From NCBI RefSeq assembly GCF_009914755.1, contig NC_060940.1: 64,000 nucleotides of DNA. The stretch is one strand, 5' to 3'. The translations under genes were made by a program, and so were the position numbers. This stretch comes from the human T2T-CHM13v2.0 reference genome, Homo sapiens. Positions 15,369-29,210 of the stretch are shown piece by piece (position 1 is the stretch's first letter; each line of letters starts with the position of its first letter). The notes under the pieces are model-generated. The model was not told where the DNA came from. It did not search any database and saw nothing but the letters and a program-made list of their open reading frames with translations.

Positions 15369-17613
15369 TGCCTAATTAAAACTGGTGAGAAGAGGCCAAA
15401 GCAGCATTTAGAGGCATTCTTATAGCCTTAGGTATTGTCAGGCCTCTTCTGCCATCAGAGAGAGGAATTCCTTATATTTTGAATATTAAGTAAAGTAGTA
15501 TAAGGGTGATGGTCTGTCTCTGCCCACCCCACCCCAATTAGTAAAAATGTTGTACAGTTAGAGTTTTGGTGCTGGCTCACAGTTTAGTGTCTGGCATTGG
15601 GTAGATACCCTTATATCAGATAGTCTATTGAGAAATACATTGCAGCCCAGTGTTTGAGTTGAGGACTTGGGAGTTGAAAGAATCCAAGAATTGAAGTCTC
15701 TTCTACCATGCAAATGGTGATCCTACCTGTGATACCAATTATCACAGACTAAATTCTTTTTCTTTTTCTTTTCTTTTTTATTGCTTCTTTTTATTGGACC
15801 CTCTGTATCCTGGGCACATTCTCCATTGAAAGCTCAGTCAAAAGGAGCTCTGAGTTTTGGGGATAACTGATATAACCATAGTGATCACCATAGTGATCAT
15901 GCTGTGTTTGTTTAGGTTTCTAGGATCTGGGTTAGGGGAAGAACGCTTTAGGTCAGCCAAGTAGTATTTGGGCTCTAGGAAACAACTCAAACATAAAGTC
16001 TGAACTGCTGAACTGTCCTAGAGTTATTGCTCTGTCTTCATCTGCAATAAGAGCGAAGATACCCCAAGAACCCACAGCTGAGACAGCTGCTGGGATAAAT
16101 GATGGAAGAAGCCTTGCTATTACAGTCCTTGATATCAAGCCAGGGTTGACATAGCAGTCTCTTGCTTTTCACCTGCCAAGTTCCAAGGGCAGGATTTTAT
16201 ATCCCCAAGAAATATCAAATTTGAGCATCCTTATGGCTGAAGGGAGATCTCATGGCACCCTTGTCTGTCCTATTCTACATGGGCTATGATGAGTGCTGTA
16301 GCATCTGACCTAAGCTAAGTCCTAAGACGTTAGTCCTAAGTCAGATCATGTACCAGGGAATCTTGTAGCTTTGTGTGGATAGCAAGTTATGGCTGATGCC
16401 AAATGTCAACAGAGTAAACTGTGAGTGCGATTAAATGTCTTTCTAATGATGCCATCCAGGCCCCAAGCACCCATCGTAGGGCAAACAAATGCACCAGAGC
16501 AGCAGTAAGCAATCAAGAGAAAAGAAAAAAAGTGATGCTGTAAAAAGAAGAAGAAGCTATTTTACTCTTCATTTTCCACTTAGAACATATTGAGAGTACA
16601 GGGCTGGATAAGCAACCTGAATTCAACTCACAGAATGTAAATTCAAAGCAGAAGTGATTCTAGAATACCTTCCCTCTATCCCTACTCCTCCATCTTCTAA
16701 GGATGTACCAGTATGATGTTCAATATTTAACAACATTTAGGGCTCAGGTGCTAGTCGCTCAGAATGGATACAGCAGCTAACAAGAGCAGACCCAGCTATA
16801 AACCCACACAGCTCTGCCGTGGTCAACCAGGACTGCCAGTGGTATAAATCCTTTGTGTCTTCAGGACATTGGCTACCAGTTTGTAGGGGACCCTGTGGTC
16901 CTCATGGACCCAAAGCCACTGCCCAAAGAGGGCTTCATGGACCATTTAACTACTGGATAACTCAGTAGCAAAGGAAGAATGGAGTCTAATGTCAGAATAA
17001 TACCTGAGAAGCTGCTTTAGCTTAGGACCAATGCCTTCTGGTTTCCACAAGAGATCTTGTCCGTGGTGCCTGCTTGGGGTCTTGGTATGATAATAGTTGC
17101 TCTGAGCCTTGGCTTTTTATGTGCTTACCTCCCTTCCTTTCAGCTTAAGGTTGTGTTTCTCCAACTCTTGTATTTCAGCCGAAGGACCTGACGTCAGTGG
17201 TGAGTGCTTTCTGTTCAGTTGGAAGCAACAGAGCCAAATGGCTAAGAGGGTAGGTTTGGAGTCCATTAGCAGTGGAGTGAAATTCTGGCCTTGAAGCCCA
17301 CTTTATGTCTTCTTGAGTAGGAAAGTACCCATCTTAGGGTGTTGTAGGGAGGAGTCAGTTAGCTGATGTTGATCAAGTGCTCATCTCACAGGAGAGCTCC
17401 GTGCCTGGTGACTGCTGTTATTTGGTTGGGGATAGGATCTCTCTATGTCCTGGGAGGTGCTCTTTGCAGGAGATCAATGCAGATACATATCAGGATTCTC
17501 TGTTTCTTTCCACCTATCTTTATCCACTTCTCAAAAGTCATCTGAGGCTCAGAGGCACAGAGGTATGGTGCCTTCTGCAGGAGTAGAGATCAAGGAGGAA
17601 GCATAGGCACTTT

Positions 17614-17915
17614 AGCTGGGTGTAGTGGCTCATGCCTGTAATCCCAGGACTTTGGGAGGCCAAAGTGAGTGGATCACCTGAGGTCAGGAGTTCGAGACCA
17701 GCCTGGGCAACATGGTGAAACCCTGTGTCTACTAAAAATACAAAAATTAGCCAGGCATTGTGGCACATGTCTGTAATCCCAGCTACTCAGGAGGCTGAGG
17801 GAGGAGAATCGTTTGAACCCGGGAGGTGGAGTTTGCAGTGAGCCAAGACCACGCTATTGCACTCCAGCCTGGGTGACAGAGTAAGACTCTGTCTCGAAAA
17901 AAAAGAAAGAAAAAA
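17614..17915 (+). mobile_element. AluSx-type SINE
   Basis: Full dimer, ggatcacctgaggtcagg, A-rich tail. Confidence 0.95.
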
Positions 17916-18715
17916 AGGAGAAAACTTTGGGACCTTAGACATCAGATGTGCCCCACCATCTGATTACAAAAGTTCTTCAATCTCTGCCTGCAGGCCACGT
18001 CAGGACCTTCAGAGCACTGGCGGGTGGCTTTCATGATACTCTTGATGGAAAGGACTGAAGTTTCCATTGATTGGTGGCAGTGCCCTCATCAACCAGCGTT
18101 TCCCAGAGAGAAGCCAAGCCGGCTTCTTATTCTTTTTCTATCCTGATGGACGTGGGCTTGTCATTCATACCCAGGCAGTATCTGGAGGGCCAGGCTCTAA
18201 CTCTCGCCTTGGACTTCAATTGTTGGAAAAAAGGCAATGAGGGAGATAGAGTGTGTGGATGAGGAAGTCATTTCAGAGGGGAGCAACTTGAACTTTACAT
18301 GTTTTAGTTTGCTGATGTTTAATGACCAAATATGTTTTTTTTAGTTGGTTTCTGATGTTATTTTCTCCATCTATTCCAAAACAGCTGCAGAATGGCAACA
18401 TTTGACATTTAAGAAAGGGAAAGTGGGAGTGGTGAAGTGATTCCCCTTGGAAGGGTCGCACTTGTATCTAGAGGTTGTCCACAACAGATGGCCAAACCAG
18501 TCCCCAAAACGTGACTGTTGGCACTCAGAGGTGCTGCATCTACATTTGAAACAATCTAAAGCAAAGCAAAGAAAACTCAACCGGTCATTGAGTATGTCGG
18601 AATTTGCTCTGATGAAGGTGATGAGGTTGATGATGATGATGTTGGTGGCTGATGTTACTGGTCAGGGTCTTAGAGGCTCTCTCCAATCCTCATGCACATT
18701 TAAAAGTCTCTCTTC

Positions 18716-19030
<315 letters not shown>

Positions 19031-19719
19031 TTACATTTTGACTTCAGTTTTAGGTAATTTATTGCAGACTCCTTTGCCCTTCTGCATTCATGTTTCCCAC
19101 CTCCTAGAACGGAAGCTACTTGATCATTGCCTTCCCCTACCCTCATTTTTTGTACTTAGTATTGAGTTTTGGCTCTTAGGAGGTGCTTACTGAGTATTTA
19201 TTCAATGAAGTGTCCAGAGTGTGGTGAAAGGAAGTTGAGCATTGTCTAGATGAGCTTTTCTCTTACAAAGTCAAAATTTGGCCAAAGGCAGCTCCCATTG
19301 TAGGATCATTTTCTGGGATGGACACTGGGGTGTTCACTAGGGTCAGGTGAATGATAGAGTGGAGACAGTAGAAATGGCATCCCCAAGTAGGAAAGAAAGG
19401 TTAAGCCTCCACCTGTTTGCTCTCTATAAGCTTCCGTCTAAAGATCTCACAGGAGGATTGGATGTCTGAGCTTTCTTTTCCAGTCCTACTTAAGCTAGGA
19501 AGCCAAGGAGGGCACAGAGGTACCAGAGGAAGGGCATCTGTGTGTGCCCAGAAGAGGCCTCTTCACAAAGGACACAGGATGCAGGTAAGCTACTTCATAT
19601 GGTACCTATCACATGTATGCATTCAGTATACTAAAAATAATTATTATTCTGTATTAGAGACGATGTCATGAGACAACTAGCCACAGTCTGATGAACGAGA
19701 GTAAGGATGAATATGGGAG

Positions 19720-19930
19720 TTACACCTGCTGGGTTCCCAACCCACATCAATCTCTGTGTCCCTTGGGCAAGCCCTTTTACCTCTTGTAGCTGTTTCCTGG
19801 TCAACGTTATTTGACCCCCTTAAGATGGAGATGCTAATAGCTACGCTGTATGTTGTGGTGAGAATCAAATTAAGCAGATGAAAAGTGCATAGCATAGTGA
19901 CAGCTCAGTACATGAGAGCCATCATTTTTG
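19720..19930 (+). mobile_element. MIR
   Basis: ctgggttcc...cccttgggcaagcc...gttgtggtgagaatcaaattaag...aaagtgcatagcatagtg. Confidence 0.7.
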
Positions 19931-20149
19931 TTGTTGTTGTATTTTTCAGCAAGGCAAGGGCTTTGATGTCTTGTAGGAACAGTTGAATTTTGGCTTCATG
20001 TAATTACACACAATATCAGCGGTGATTTATCTGGAAATAGCACTCACCTCCAGGCCCTGTCCACGAGCCACCTAGCCCAACTATGTTTATTTGTCTTTTG
20101 TTTTGGAGCCTATAAGGGCATATTGGGAAGGTTTAATACAGCCGCATCA

Positions 20150-20372
20150 CTGTGATTTAGTGAGCACTTACTGTCCCGCACATGCTGCTGTGCTAACACT
20201 TTACAAAGTGGTCATGAATGAGCCTTCCTTCAAACCTGTGAGGTAGGTACTCTTCCATATAAGCTGGGAGAACTGCAGCACACAGAATTTCCGTAACTTT
20301 CTCCAGTGTGGCTAAGAAAACTGGGCTGGGAACACAACCCAGGTCACCTGATTCCTGGGCTTGCAATCTTAA
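20150..20372 (-). mobile_element. MIR
   Basis: atttagtgagcacttactg...aacctgtgaggtaggtac...gggaacacaacccaggtc. Confidence 0.72.
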
Positions 20373-20379
20373 CAACTCC

Positions 20380-20678
20380 TTTTTTTTTTTTTTTTTTTGA
20401 GGTGGAGTCTCACTCTGTCACCTGGGCTGGAATGCAGTGTTATGATCTCAGCTCACTGCATCCTCTACCTCCCAAGTTCAAGTGATTCTCCTGCCTCAGC
20501 CTCCTGAGTAGCTGGGACTGTAGGCACCAGTCACCATGCCCGGCTAATTTTTGTATTTTTAATAGAGACGGAATTTCGCCATATTGGCCAGGCTGGTCTC
20601 GAACTCCTGACCTCGTGATCCACCTGCCTCGGCCTCCCAAAGTGCTGGGATTACAGGTCTGAGCCACCATGCCCAGCC
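20380..20678 (-). mobile_element. AluSg-type SINE
   Basis: Poly-T tail, gaactcctgacctcgtgatc; TSD aacaactc(c/t)tt. Confidence 0.95.
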
Positions 20679-20789
20679 AACAACTCTTTTACATCAGTGC
20701 AAGTTGGAACATTTTGAAGCTCCCACTCTTCTCCCTGGAACCACACACTTCTGGTTTCTTTTCTCATTCCAAAGCATAGGTGCTCTTTT

Positions 20790-21401
20790 TGTAAAAAAAC
20801 TTTCAATAGTTTTAGGGTTACAGATGGTTTTTCATTACATGGATGAGCTCTTTAGTGGTGATTTCTGAGATTTTGTTGCACTCATCACTGGAGCAACGAC
20901 TCTCTACCCAATATGTAGTCTTTTAGAAAATATTCACAAACTGTGTATCCGACAAAAGACTGACATCCAGAATCTACAAGGAACTCAAATCAACAAGAAT
21001 AAAGGAAATAATCCCATCAAAAAGTGGGTAAAGGGCTGGGTGTGGTGGCTCACGCCTGTAATCCCAGCACTTTGGGAGGTCGAGGTGGGTGGCTCACCTG
21101 AGGTGGGGAGTTTGAGGTCAGCCTGGCCAACATCGTGAAACTCCGTCTCTTCTAAAAATACAAAAATTAGCCGGGCGTCGTGGTGCATGCCTGTAATCGC
21201 AGCTGCTCAGGAGGCTGAGGCAGGAGAATGGCTAGAACCCAGGAGGCGGAGGCCACTGTCCTCCAGCCTGGGCGATAGAGTGAGACTCCGTCTTAAAAAA
21301 AAAAAAAAAGTAGACAAAGGAAATACATAGACAGTTCTCAAAAGAAGATATACAGACACCCAACAAACATATGAAAAAATGCTCAACATCCCTAATTATC
21401 A
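20790..21401. mobile_element. L1PB-type pieces in opposite orientations
   Basis: Antisense 3' terminus at about 20790-20924 abuts a sense ORF2-end segment at about 20925-21401 (tccagaatctacaaggaactcaaa...aaatgctcaacatc). Confidence 0.8.
21034..21309 (+). mobile_element. AluS-type SINE inside L1, with a ~21-bp internal deletion
   Basis: ggaggcggagg|ccactg lacks ttgcagtgagccgagatcgcg; TSD aaaaagtgggtaaag / aaaaagtagacaaag. Confidence 0.93.
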
Positions 21402-21468
21402 CGATGCCCATTTGAAGGCCAATTGTGAGCTGTTAGCAAACCCACCTTGAGTGTAATGGTGTTTCCTC

Positions 21469-21487
21469 TACTGCCATCTAGAGGACA
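21469..21487 (-). promoter_or_regulatory. Candidate CTCF binding motif
   Basis: Minus strand reads TGTCCTCTAGATGGCAGTA. Confidence 0.5.
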
Positions 21488-22004
21488 CAGACTCAAATAA
21501 GCGTCATTAGTTGCAGTTTCTGAGGTCCAACTTCCAAATGATCCTTACCCTTTACCTTTTATAGCCACTGGCCTCACTTCTTTGCACATAGCAAATTCAG
21601 ACTTGTGTACATCAGTTGGCAAATTAACATTTTGGGTATTGCAAATTTGATATACCTGACAGCTACTGGTTCAGTACTGGCAAAGCCTGAAGTCTTGTCC
21701 TTACAGCAACGGTAGTGCAATCATTTGACTATTTATTTTCACTTTCTCCATACTTTATACAGAGTGGAAAACAAGCAAATTAAAGTACTGATACAAGTGA
21801 TAAAAAGCAGTGGTCTCAAATGTAATTGAGACAAAAATAGGGACAATTTAACTGTAATTGGACACTTATTTAAGCTAATTAATCATTTTAAATTGCAAAG
21901 GGAGTAAACAAAATTAAAGAACTTGTACAAAATGCTAAACATATTTTTTTTTCAAATACCTAAGTGTGATTAAGGATACATATCTATCCCTTCTGGAATT
22001 GAGC

Positions 22005-22530
22005 CAGTGTAAGTCAGGATGGTTTCAGTGACAGAAACTATTTCAGATCATTTAAGCTGAAGGAAAGTTATTGGTCAGAGAGGAAGGATCATAGATCACT
22101 CGGAGTCAAAGAAGAGTTGCAGGAGGCAGCAAATTGGGATGGGGAGCCAGGAGTCAGGGCCCACCAGCGTATTCTCTCCATTTCTCTTTCATTTCTGGCT
22201 GACTTCCTTCTGCAGACAGATTCTGTCCAGATGGCATAAATGGTGGGGGAAATTACCATCAGCTCTTTGGCTTTCTAACCTCATATTTGGCAACATCATA
22301 AAAAAGAGAATCTTTTTACTCACAAGTGTTTATATGTCTATTCCAGGACGGATTCTGATTGGCTCTCCTTAGATCATGCACCTTCCCCTATACCAATTAC
22401 TGTGTACAGGGGAGGAGAGTCACCATGATTGGTCAAGACTGGGTCATGTGATCAGGGTCAGGCAGTCTCAGAGTCTATTACTAAAATAAAAGAGATGGAG
22501 GGGAAATATGCTAGCCAGCCCCAAATGGGA
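22005..22530. mobile_element. Old MLT1-type LTR (J/K/L class)
   Basis: gtcaggatggtttcagtgacagaaac...ttctgattggctctccttagatcatgcacc...accaattactgtg...tgattggtcaagactgggtcatgtg. Confidence 0.55.
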
Positions 22531-23367
22531 ACTAATACAGTGTATCACTGAACTACACTGCTCCTCCTCATCTTTCTTTAACATTTTCACTTTTGACTTT
22601 TCTGCATAGTTACATTCCATTTAAAAGAAAATCTGTTTGTATTGATGGTCAGCCATCTGACAAAAATCTCAAGCTACTTCATTCTATTGACGTCACTGAA
22701 TAAATTGAATAAATAATTTACATTCTACACAGGGATCATACAAAACAGTTTTGGCATGGAGGGAATATGCAGCCTCCTAGCCTGTCCCTCTCTCTGAATG
22801 TGGTTCTCTAGGCAGCAGAGTAATGGCATATGTTGTGAACACCTGGTGGCCTCCATTCCTCATGGAGTTAAGCTGAAAGTTAAAGAGAATGAAACTAGGG
22901 CCGGGGACTGGAGGGGCTTCATTGATTAGAGCCTTCTGGCTTTGAGTGACAAATGTGTTGAGATGTGAAGGAGAGAAATATGTATCCCATACAGATTTGC
23001 TTTTCATGTAAATAAGCGTTTTAGCCTCAAACTTTCTGGCATCTCATTATGCAGGTGGCTTAGTCATTGACATGCATGCAATTTGCATTTCCCCCTCTCT
23101 ATGCCAAAAGTTGAGAGACTGTAACTTGGCTAAATTACATATCCTGGGTGCACCAGTAGACTGCCATCTTGGGTGCATTTGTAAATACTGAGGGATAGAT
23201 CAAGCCAGAGCAGGACTCAGATCCTGTTGATTTGTAGCACTGGGTTTTTTTTGGAGGATTTTTATCCTATTTGATTTCTATCATGCATTCCATTCATTTT
23301 TCGTGTTATAGATACACCAGCTAGACAGGTCTAGGATGAAGGGGTGATATCAAAACTATTTAACATT

Positions 23368-23817
<450 letters not shown>

Positions 23818-24789
23818 CCTATTTAATAACCAGTAAGTTGTGGACACTTTACTGGTTATTGCAGTGTATCAGAAATAATGCTGGCCAAAGCACTGGATGA
23901 GAATCTGAAGGACTCCTCCCGCTCATGGGGCCAGGCATTAACGTTTTATTGGCTGGGTCATGGAGATGGCCAGTGGCAAGGTCAGGGTTGCATGTTTTTC
24001 TGACTGGGATATCAAGATTTTATTGGCTCATGAACTGGGCAGCTACTGTGGCACATAGCAGCTTGACAGCCAACTTTCGTACTCGTAGGAATATGAATCT
24101 AGCAAAATTCTTGGTAGACCTGAGATCATACCCTTGGAAGGGCCATCTAGGGAACTCTGGGCAGTGGACCAGGTGAGACCGCAGGGTTTCCTTCCAGAGC
24201 TATTCTTGCTTGTTTTTATTTTCAAATGGGAATTTGATTTAGGACCGGCCTTTGGTTTTCCCCAGACCTGGGAAATAAACATTTCTCATTCTCAAAACCC
24301 ACAAATTAATCATTTTTGCAAATCAGAGCTGAGCTCTGAGCCTCTGACCAGGAGGCCTGAGCCTGCTGGCCTTGGGAGCTAGGATTTGCCAGCGTGCGCT
24401 GCTAATCCATATGCATTTGTTCTTCTTGTGGGAGTTCGGGCCCCTCAGGCTTCAAGGGGTGAAGCTCTGCTCACTAATCATAATGCAATATCAGTGTTTT
24501 CTGCAAATCCCCTTATTATCTCTGCATCATTAGCAGTTTCTGAGCTTGTCTACAACTAATTTCACAGTGAATCTTATTTCTACCCGATATTTTAAATAAG
24601 CTGTCACGCAGGGCAGCAGCTGACATGCCGCTGAGAAAGAAGCAAATCAGCCTAAAGTAGGCTTTCAAGCAGCCTCCAACAATTAGGCTTTGGGCCATCG
24701 TACAAGGTGGGAAAATGGGGCAAGTGTCTAGAGCAAACCCTGCCCCCTACCCCAGTTTAAATAAGTCATGTCTTAGTAGATAGGTAAGT

Positions 24790-25010
24790 GGTCTCCAGAG
24801 CTAGGTTTCCAGGGGGCTCATTTCTGCTCAGCTCCTTCCCACAGGTGACCCATAGCGAGTGAATTGATGTCTCTGAACCTCAGACAGTAAAGGAATAAAA
24901 CCTCCTCATAGGGTTGTTGTGGGCTTAGCAAGCTAATGTCTATAATGTGCTTAGTGTGATGCACCTAGACTATTGAACACCTAGTGTATCCTCAATAAAT
25001 CTAGTTTTAA
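24790..25010 (+). mobile_element. MIR
   Basis: tctctgaacctcag...cctcatagggttgttgtg...tgcttagtgtgatgc...ctcaataaat. Confidence 0.7.
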
Positions 25011-25549
25011 TTGCTGTTCATATGTTTATGAATTAAATAACAAGTTACCCTTTTGTGCCTTGGGTTTTTCAAGGCCCTGACACCATTTGGGCAGTCTCTA
25101 CTTCTGATGAATCCAGTAGTTCCCCAGGGAGGCAGATGGGGAAGGATCCCTAAGGGTGGAACAGGAGATGTGTATATCCAGGCAACAGGAAGAGAGAGCT
25201 CACATTCCCATGCTGAAGACCACCCTCCCTGGTAGTGTGGTGAGGAGGGAGGGCCACAGGGCTTAGCCCCACTCTGGATTCCAGGGGCCTCTCCTACCGC
25301 CTTAGGTGAAATCTGCTACTCCCTGGAGGAAATGACCCTGTTTCCTTGGCCAAGCACCAAGCCTTCTTTTGAAAAATGCCTAGAGGTCCAGTGTTCTCAA
25401 GTATTTCTACTCTGATGATGTCGGAAGTCCCCTGACTATTCTTTCCTTTGGATAAAATGGGCAATCCCCCATCTCATACGGGAGTTCCTTTTCTAAATGA
25501 CTGAAGGCAACAAGAGATTAATCTTAGAAAATATTACAGAGAAGTTCCC

Positions 25550-25735
25550 ATTCATAGATACAGTGCTGAGCATTTTACATACGTGATTATTGACTAGCCC
25601 TGTGGAGGGGGTGCAATGGCAATTGTTACTGTCATTTTGTAGCTAAGAAGAGTGAGGTTTGGAAAGGTAGCATAACTTGCTATCAGCCACCCAGACAGGT
25701 GGAAGAGCCTGGGGTCCAACCCACACATTCTGGTT
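25550..25735 (-). mobile_element. MIR
   Basis: cagtgctgagcattttacatac...gccctgtggag...cattttgtagctaagaag...taacttgc. Confidence 0.6.
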
Positions 25736-25947
25736 GTACCACCACTTTTCTATCTTGCCTTATGACACAGAGGTGATTAAAGATGCTAAACGTTGTTTGG
25801 TACTTGACAAGGTGGTTCCAGGACACACAGCCCTAGCAGAGGGAGGGCTTCTGGGGAGTAACCATGATGATTGAATAAGCTGGTGTTTCTAGGGGCCTCC
25901 ATTGCCTCTTCCTTTTCCCTCTGCCTGCAGCTGCTAGGGATACTCAC

Positions 25948-25991
25948 CTGCCACCCCCAGTCCCCAACAAACACAGTGGCATCTTTGGGGC
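25948..25991 (-). other. Candidate 44-nt exon (unverified)
   Basis: Acceptor cttttccacccttcctttAG, donor CAG|GTGAGT. Confidence 0.3.
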
Positions 25992-26769
25992 CTAAAGGAA
26001 GGGTGGAAAAGTGGGGTTATAGGAATGGGATTGTGCCTCTACCTTCTTTATTTACATCTTGTATTCATAAGTTTTTATTCACTGTAGATTCTAGATGGGG
26101 AGGATTGGAATGGGTTAAGGAAGGGAATAGAATTTCCATTCCCTGTCTGTCCCCACAGACACTGGCTCTCTACATCATAGAGCTTGAGTAGGATCCTGTA
26201 CTGGTTCAGAGACATCTGAGGAAGGGAAAAGAGCAGCCTTAAGTTCTGGGCTGAATGGGCTCAGAGAAAGCCATGAGGGAATGTGTTTTGGCACTTGTGG
26301 TTCCTCTGTGTGATAGCCTTCTTCTGAGCAAACTCCTGTGTATCCTGTGAAACCCAACTCAAATGTCCCCTGCTCTGTGATTCCTACAGAAATGCCATTC
26401 TCTCCTCCTGCAGGTTGTCACAGGAGGAAGATACTTTCTCAGAAGAAGTGGACCTCCTAAGAATGCTGAGCTTTACTCTTGTCCTCTTCACTAACCCCAC
26501 CTTCTCATTTTCTTAATCTGTGAGATTTCCTAGATACCTCTACTCTAGAGACTAGGTTCTTTTGCTCTGATCCTGCGGTACAATACAGTTTTATTAGTCA
26601 CTTGAACTTGCTTTTGGCTTCCTCTTGCGTGATACGTTCTAGAATTGTGTGCACACATTTCATCTATGTACGTAAGGGAATGCCCCCACTAATTGCACAA
26701 TTGTGCTGATTAAAAAACCACATAAAGGCCTGAATTTCAAATGTCTCTGCTGTTGTCTCAGAAGCATGG

Positions 26770-27040
26770 CCCTTGGCAACATCTCATCCACAGTTGTATT
26801 TTATTTTGCCTGCAGAGTTGTTAAAATTTTGGATTACTTGTGAATGTTTCAAAGCTGGGAGGTTCAACAGAAGTCTTGATATGAATCAAGACTTCTTTTG
26901 GAAAGTGAGAAGGCCTCGGAACACTGGGTCCATGTTCCTACATAACACTAGTCAAATGGGACTGAGTAGTGGCTTCCCTTTTAGAGGGAGCAAGAAGTGT
27001 GTTTGCCACACTCTCCATCACTCTCTATCATCTCCTGAAC
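26770..27040. mobile_element. MER102-like hAT fossil
   Basis: aacactgggtccatgttcctacataacac...gactgagtagtggcttcccttttaga...tttgccacactctccatcactctctat. Confidence 0.55.
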
Positions 27041-27751
27041 GTCAAGTGGCAGGGTCAGCATGCATTCATCATCACTGTAGTGCTGCTGTCTCTCTCTTTC
27101 AGCCTTGCCTCACCCATGCACATGCCTACCAGGCTGTAGGTGGCTGAGGTGGGAGGCTGCTCGGCATTTGGGCGGAACAAGATGACTGAATTTACTGGAG
27201 TGTCTGGCAAAGAGTGGGTGTGGTTTCCAGTCCCCTGGGCTGGTGTCGCTCTGTTCTCTTTGTTATGATTGTGAGTTTCTTCATCTTGTGCCTTTGAAGC
27301 CCCACAGCATTTGATTAGTTATGAGCTATTTTCTGCTAAAGCATGAAACATTGTGCTAACCAGGCAAGCTGAGCATCTCTTTTACTTTTCTCTGCCCAGA
27401 GCCTTGTTTTCTGATCAGGAGTGTTCACTGGCACTGGACTGATTTTCCCCGTGGTGCTGGGTGCTGCATGTGATAAGGATCTTGTGGCTCACCTTTGAGG
27501 CACATGCAGGTCAGGGAAATAAGAAAAAGGTAAAAGAACCTTCTGTAGCAGCTGAGGGGTAGAAGTGGCCGCTTACCCAGGCGTGTGACTGGGGCCCCTT
27601 CCTCAGCATTGAGCAGGACAGCATTGCTCTCTGGAGGACTGCTCATTTCCAAAGCACCCAAGAATCTATATTAATGAAGGGACATTTTGCAGGAGCGTTC
27701 ACTTTAGCCATCGGTCTGAAAGTACTGTGAATGGGAGAGAGTATTTAATTT

Positions 27752-28676
27752 TGCACATGCACACAGAGACACATGCACCTGCACATTGGCACAAGCATGT
27801 ATGCACATGTACATCATGCATGCATGCATGCATGCACATATACACGTGCACACCATGCACACATACACATGCACATGAACACCATGCATACACAGGCACA
27901 CACACATGTACACCATGCATACACATATATGCACACCATGCATATACATGCACATACACACATGCACATACACGCATGCACATACATGCATGCCATGCAT
28001 ACATATGCACACACATACACAGATGCACACCATGGATACACACATGCGCATACATATGCACACCATGCATACACACAAACACATGCACAGCATGCATACA
28101 CATACATGCATACACACAAGCACACCATGGATACACACCTATGCACACACATACACTATGCATAGAAACCCATGCACATACACACATGTACACCATGGAT
28201 ACACACAGGCACATACACACACCATGCATACACAGACATATACACATGCACACCATGGATACACATACATGCACACACACACACACACACCATGGATACA
28301 CACACACGCACACCATGCATGCAAACCTATGCACATACACACATGGACACACGTGCACATACACTCATGCACACCATGCATACACACATGCATACACACA
28401 TGCACACACATACATGCATATCATGCATACATATGCACACACATACATGCACACCATGCATAAACACCCATGCACACACATATGCACATACACCCATGCA
28501 CACCATACACACACACACATGCACACCATGCATACACATGCATATACACACATGCATACACACATGCACACCATGAATACACACACATGCATGTACACAC
28601 ATGCACACCATGGATACACACAGGCACACACATGCACACCATGCATACATACATGCATGCACATACACACATGTAC
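27752..28676. repeat. Complex (CA)/(CATG)-rich tandem array, about 925 bp
   Basis: Nearly unbroken purine-pyrimidine alternation punctuated by about 18 exact CACCATG motifs. Confidence 0.95.
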
Positions 28677-29210
28677 CAACTGAGTACCAGTTATTAAATA
28701 GGCTGTGTTCTAGGTGCTGAGAATACAGTGGAAGGGAAAAGACAAAGTCTCTGATCTCATGGGCAATATATTCTAGCAAGGAAAATTATGCAATAAACTA
28801 CATACACAAGTAGATACCTGCTGCAGTGTCCAGTAGTAGTAAGTGCTACAAACAACTGCAAAGCAGGCTGAGGGGAGAAAGAGTGATGGGAAGCTGCTTA
28901 GGATAAGGGTAAGTAGAAAGGCCTCTTCCAAGAGATAGCTGTTACTCAGGTCCTGGCACAGGGTCACTGTGCCACCTAGCTCCTGAGTGAGGCTGCAGGA
29001 TATACCATTTATTGCAAGTGTGATATGAATGGCACCCCTTTTGGGTGTGCCATGCAGCAGACCTGGCACTGCAGTGGCCTGGGGAAGTATGCTTGGGCAG
29101 TGAGCTCAGCAGGGCAAAGGCCTGGAGGCGGGGGCATGTTGACTTTGTCTTAGGAATAGCAAGGAGCTCAGCGGAATAAAGGCAGGGGGTCAGTTCTTGG
29201 AGAGCCATGA
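28677..29210 (-). mobile_element. L2 fragment starting at its 3' end
   Basis: ggctgtgttctaggtgctgagaatacagtg...gacaaagtctctgatctcatgg...agggcaaaggcctggagg. Confidence 0.75.

Noticed and set aside
14836-15898. taaccatagtgatc shared by 14836 and 15873, with a 12-bp tandem copy at the latter
   Set aside because: A single 14-mer match without flanking similarity is compatible with chance.
27485-27535. Minus-strand AG|GTGAGC resembling a recursive splice site
   Set aside because: The pyrimidine tract is about 20 nt from the AG and the acceptor is AAG; too weak without RNA data.
27699-28779. His/Thr-rich and Cys/Val-rich ORFs
   Set aside because: Translations of a CA/TG microsatellite, open in several frames on both strands.
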